Assembly: GCA_964016885.1 (NCBI GenBank)
Contig: OZ024740.1
Coordinates: 439,580,001-439,644,000 of the forward strand
Origin: Eledone cirrhosa
Lineage: Eukaryota
Reading direction: 5' to 3'
DNA length: 64,000 bases
Below are positions 59,501 to 64,000 of the stretch, piece after piece. The stretch's first letter is position 1. Every line of letters begins with the position of its first letter. The notes below the pieces were generated by a model, which worked only from the letters and a program-made list of their open reading frames with translations, made no database searches and was not told the origin of the DNA. The position numbers were made by a program, and so were the translations under genes.

Positions 59501-61706
59501 GCAGAACGGGAGAATCCCCAGTTTTGTGAGCCGGGGATAAGTGGCGCTGCTGAGAAAAGACCCGAACAAAGGGGATGTTATCGATAATTTCAGGCCCATA
59601 ACCCTGCTAAACGTAGAGTTCAAGATTTTGCCAAAGGTGTTAGCAAAGAGGTTGGCGCTTGTCGTCAAGGGTCTGGTAGGAGAGGCGCAGACATGCGCCA
59701 TTCCGGACAGATCCATACACGACAACCTCCACCTCATGCGATACATCATAGAGAGGGTGGGTAAGGAACCTGGCAAGGGTGGGGCCCTGATAAAGTTGGG
59801 TCAATCCAAAGCATTCGATGGGGTCGACCATCGGTACCTGGTGGCAGTCCTCGATGCAGCCGGTTTCGGGCCCGTTTTCAGGGGTTGAATCGCAGCAATG
59901 TACAGCGACATCTGCTCAGTTGTGAGGGTGAACGGTCACCTGTCGCAGCCGTTCAGCATCATGCGCTCAGTCCGCCAGCTTTGTCCCCTCTCGTCCCTCT
60001 TGTACGTATTGGCTCTCGAGCCGTTACTGCACAAACTGGCGGCGATGAGGGGCGTCCCACGCGAACTAGGATGCGGGAAATCCGAGTCGGCTTACGCTGA
60101 CGACGTCACCGTGGTGGTGTCGAGTACCAGACACATCCAGATGCTCGGCACCGCTCTCAAGGAATACGAAGCGGTGACAGGACAAAGATAAACCAGGAAA
60201 AGTCGGTGGACTTGCAGCTCGGCACCTGGAGAGGCAAGTCCATGCCGTCCGACAGCCTCGTGGGGCGTTGGACGGACGGACCGGTTAAATTGCTCGTGGT
60301 CTGGTTCGGACCAGACCTCCAGATGAAGACAAACTGGAACGAGGTGACAAGCAGGGTGGCCTCCCTCATCCAGAAATGGGCTGAGAGGAAGCTGTCCCTG
60401 AAAGGCCGGGCGGAGGTGGCGAATGCGTACATCGCATCCGTCATCTGCTACCGCCTCACCGTCGTCCCTTGCTCCAGCCCAACTCTCACCAAAACGGAGC
60501 GCCTCCTCTTCAGCTTTTTGTGGAAGGGACGCGCTCCCATGATCAGACGATCCATCTGCTGTCAACACCCGTTGCGTGGAGGACTGGGCATGCACAGCTA
60601 GTGATGTGCAAACATGCGCTGAGGCTGCGACATCTCTGGTGCTTCCTTGATGGTGAATAGGTGTGGTCGCGGTTCGCTAGGCACCTTTTCCCACAGCTCG
60701 TCACCTTGACGGAGCAGCAGTCCTGGGTCAGAAAAAGACCGTGGGATCGCGCTTGGAAACTGGAATGTCTCCAGGCGCTCACTGCTCTCTCCCAGCTGGG
60801 CACCACTATCGGTGGAACATCCACCTCGGCGTTCTATAGAGGACTAGTGGATGGGAAAAGCGACGACATTCTCGGAGAGATCCTGGGCGTCGAAGGATAT
60901 CAGCTGTTTGCTCTCTTCCGGAGAACTTTCAGCCCGGGGCCTATGGATAACTTTCAAAAATCCCTGGCCTGGCAGTGCTACCGGGGATCGCTGCCGGTTC
61001 GAGATGAGCTCTACAGGCAAGGAAGTGCCGTCAGCCGAACCTGTCCGAGATGCGCGCAAAGCGACGAAACCGTCGTGCACGCATTCGTTCAGTGCCCGAG
61101 TATTGCTGACTTGTGGAGCTATGTCGAACAGTTGCTGTCGCGTGTGGGACTGATCCGGTTGTCGACTGAGTCCATTGTGCAGATGGTCTCGCCGTCTTCC
61201 TTCGAGGAGGAAGGGCAGGCGGTTTTCATCTGCCTGGTGGCCATGGCGAAAGAGATTGTGTGGTGGACAAGGTTAAAAGGGTTAAAGACAGACACTTTGC
61301 TCTTCGGCGAATCCCTAATTAACTTTTTCAAGTTTCACTTGAAGAGGAAAATCAGGGTGGAGAGGCAAGTGCTACTTTCTAGCAAGTTTGTTGAAAGGTG
61401 GGTGAATGTAGCGAGAATGGTCCGAGTGAACGGGACCACTCTGAATATACGTCTGTAGTTTGAGAGATGGAAAAATTGTGAGAGGGCACTTGCCCTGGTG
61501 GTCAGGTTGGCCGTGGTCTTTTGTGTGGTTTTCGCCACGACTAACCCTCGGAGGTTTCCCACCTATTGGGGAATTTTTCATTGTTTCAACTTTCATGTTT
61601 ATAATAAAAATATTTACACGTACAAAACCCACATCGTACTGTCCTGTACCGTCCTGTGCTGTCTGTAATGTTTTTCTTGATATCAGCCCTTGTGGCCTAT
61701 AAAGAA
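56590..61706 (+). mobile_element. L1/Tx1-like LINE family D, 5' truncated, decayed
   Basis: ORF1 remnants up to 58011 (similar to the ORF1 at 26881), ORF2 58044-61458 in fragments (YADD), tail at 61707-61731. Confidence 0.9.
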
Positions 61707-61731
61707 ATTATTATTATTATTATTATTATTA

Positions 61732-64000
61732 CAGCTGCATTTATCTTGCTTTATGTTCATACGAGTTATCACCAGGTCACAACCAGTGACCTCAAGAGAC
61801 AACAAGGTCCGCCATGTTCAAGAATGAACATACATACTCACACATGCATCTTTAGGTGTTTAGACTTGTGATGTAATTATATTGACAGAATATTCCTTAG
61901 TATATTGGCAGTTCCCATTAGTACTATCTTTTGTATTTCTCCTATACGCGGGTTTCCTGGGATTTGCGATAAGTAATCATTAGACCCCTTAGGTATCATT
62001 TCTAGAGCGCCCACAACCACTGGTATTGTTTTAGTTCTCAATTTCCACATTTTTCCAATTTCTATCTCCAGGTCCTTATACTTGCTCAATTTTTCAAATG
62101 GTTTTTATAGATACATTCTTGTCTATTGGAACGGACATATCAATTAGCAGGCATACCCTCTTTTTAAAGTCCTTCAATATTATATCAGGTCTATTTGCAT
62201 ATATTTTTCGGTCTGTATGGATGCTAAAGTTCGACAAGATTGCGATGTGATCTTTTTCAAGTATGGGAGGTGGTTGATGCTCCCACTAATTCTTTTGATG
62301 GGGCAGGTCAAAATGCTTACACATTATCCAATGTATGTATTGTGCAGCTCTGTCATGCCTGTTTAGGTATTCGGTTGGAGCTATAGGACTGCACATTGAA
62401 ATTATATGGTCAATGGTCTCTGGTTGTTTTTTACATACACGGCATAATGGGCTGCATCCATTTTTTATTATGTTAGCTTGGTAATTTTTTGTTGGCAGAC
62501 ACTGATCTTGTGCTGATATAATCAGTCCTTCAGTCTCCGATTTCAGTCCAGAGGATGCCAACCACTGATGGGTTAAAGTTTTGTCAACATCAGGATTGCT
62601 AGCTTGTTCTGGGTATTTTCCATACAGAGGCTTTTCTTGCCATTTCTTAGCCAGTTTCTGTAGCAGTTCTTTCTTTGCAGTTACTTTTACCTGCTTTGCT
62701 TTTTCTGTGTTTTCGATTTCAGCAGTAAATGGGACTTCTGAAATTTGTAGTCCATTACTGTATCATTGTGCATCTTTTGTAATGGAGTATGATCTTTTGA
62801 CGCTTTCGTGTTTCAAAACAAGTTTGATCATCCAATCATGTGATTCCCTTAGATATGTAGATAATCCAATTGTTTCAGTTTTCAACGCAATGTCTAACTG
62901 GATTAACCCACGTCCTCCTTCTTTCCTAGGGAGATATATTCTATCTGTATCTGCCTTAGAGTGATGCATTCTGTGCATGGTTAAGAATTTTCGAATTTTT
63001 GTATCGAGCCTACGGATCTCTGTGCTTGACCAGTTGAGACATTGTAACAGTAGGGTACTACTGGTATGGCAAGCGTGTTTCGATCCTATTCCTTGCATTC
63101 AATTCCGTTATTAAGATTGCTCTTACTCTGCGGTAACATTCCTTACTTATTCTTTCCCTCATTGTCGAGTTTTTGATTCCGTCTCCCTCACAAACACCTA
63201 GATATTTGTAAGTTTCCCTTTGATCAAATTCTCTTATCACATTCCCCCGATCAAGATTAATGTCTGAACTTTTCAGCAGCTTTCCTCTGGTGAACGTTGC
63301 TTTGGCGCATTTATCTAGTCCAAACTCCATTTTAATGTCATCACTGAACTGCTCCACAGTGGATAATAGCCCTTGCAATTGTTCATCATTTTTTGCAAAT
63401 AGTTTCAGGTCATCCATGTAGAACAAGTGATTAATGGTTTTGTCATAGACTTTATATCCATGTTTTGTTTTATTGAGCATTTTACTTAATGGTATAAGTG
63501 CGATGCAGAATAAAAGCGGTGATAAAGAGTCACCCTGAAAAATTCCACAATTAATATTAACTTCTCCAGCTTCCAGTGATTTTGTTTCACTATTCAAAAG
63601 GAGTGTCGTTTTCCATGTCTTCATACTGAATGACAAAAAACCCTGACAACGGGAGATATTTTGAAAATCTCTAAACATTTTTCAATTCAACTGCGTGGCA
63701 AACTATCGAATGCTTTTTTATAATCTATCCAAGCAATTGGTAGATTTTTGTGTCTATTATGACAATCTTCCAGTATCATTTTGTTAACCAGAAGCTGATC
63801 CTTACAGCCATATGAGCCTCGTTTACACCCTTTCTGCTCAATGGGAAATAGGTCATTTGTTATCAGGTGGTCATATGTATATTCAGTTAGGACTGATGTT
63901 GAAATTTTATACATTGTGGTCAAGCAAGTTATCGGTCTGTAATTTTTGGGATTGTTTGTCTCATCATTCTTTGGAAGCAGAAATGTAATGCCGTTAACTA
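61732..64000 (-). mobile_element. Dong-2 copy (3' part; continues beyond the window)
   Basis: Near-identical to 10880-13150; ORF fragments with YMDD and RHD. Confidence 0.92.

Noticed and set aside
5301-61731. (ATT)n tracts with intervening sequence as a CRISPR-like array
   Set aside because: The repeats are simple triplets of variable length, and the intervening segments are 14 bp to 6 kb retroelements.
1-64000. Prokaryotic RT systems (retron, DGR, group II intron, CRISPR-RT)
   Set aside because: The RTs are fused to APE or RLE endonucleases with LINE ORF1s, AATAAA signals and microsatellite tails; there are no operons, cas genes or msr/msd.
1-64000. Telomeric retrotransposon array (HeT-A/TART or TRAS/SART type)
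   Set aside because: No TTAGGG or TTAGG arrays are visible and chromosomal position cannot be judged from this window; kept only as an analogy.

Overview
Eukaryotic (non-bacterial) repeat-dense window with no host gene. It is almost entirely a nested array of non-LTR retrotransposons inserted into (ATT)n/(TAA)n microsatellite tracts. All L1/Tx1-like LINEs (ORF1 with a CCHC knuckle; ORF2 with APE endonuclease, YADD RT and a C-terminal zinc finger; about 5 variants, labelled A-E here) lie on the + strand and almost all end in an (ATT)n tail. All R4/Dong-like LINEs (single ORF with (Y/F)MDD RT, CCHC and PD..D restriction-like endonuclease; 3 families) lie on the - strand and end in (TAA)n. A tRNA-derived SINE with an (ATT)n tail is also present; from recall it resembles the abundant Octopus SINE, so a cephalopod host is likely but unconfirmed. 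Most notable: (1) a GGTAAGT splice-donor consensus at the end of ORF1 in all 7 ORF1/ORF2 junctions, predicting a 52-59 nt intron that fuses ORF1 to ORF2 in frame in 5 of them; (2) a chimeric LINE whose ORF1-swap breakpoint falls exactly on that donor; (3) SINE 3' ends matching the Tx1 3' ends; (4) a fold-back SINE palindrome. Family labels are mine, alignments were done by eye, and boundaries are approximate to a few nt (less exact for leaders and truncated 5' ends).
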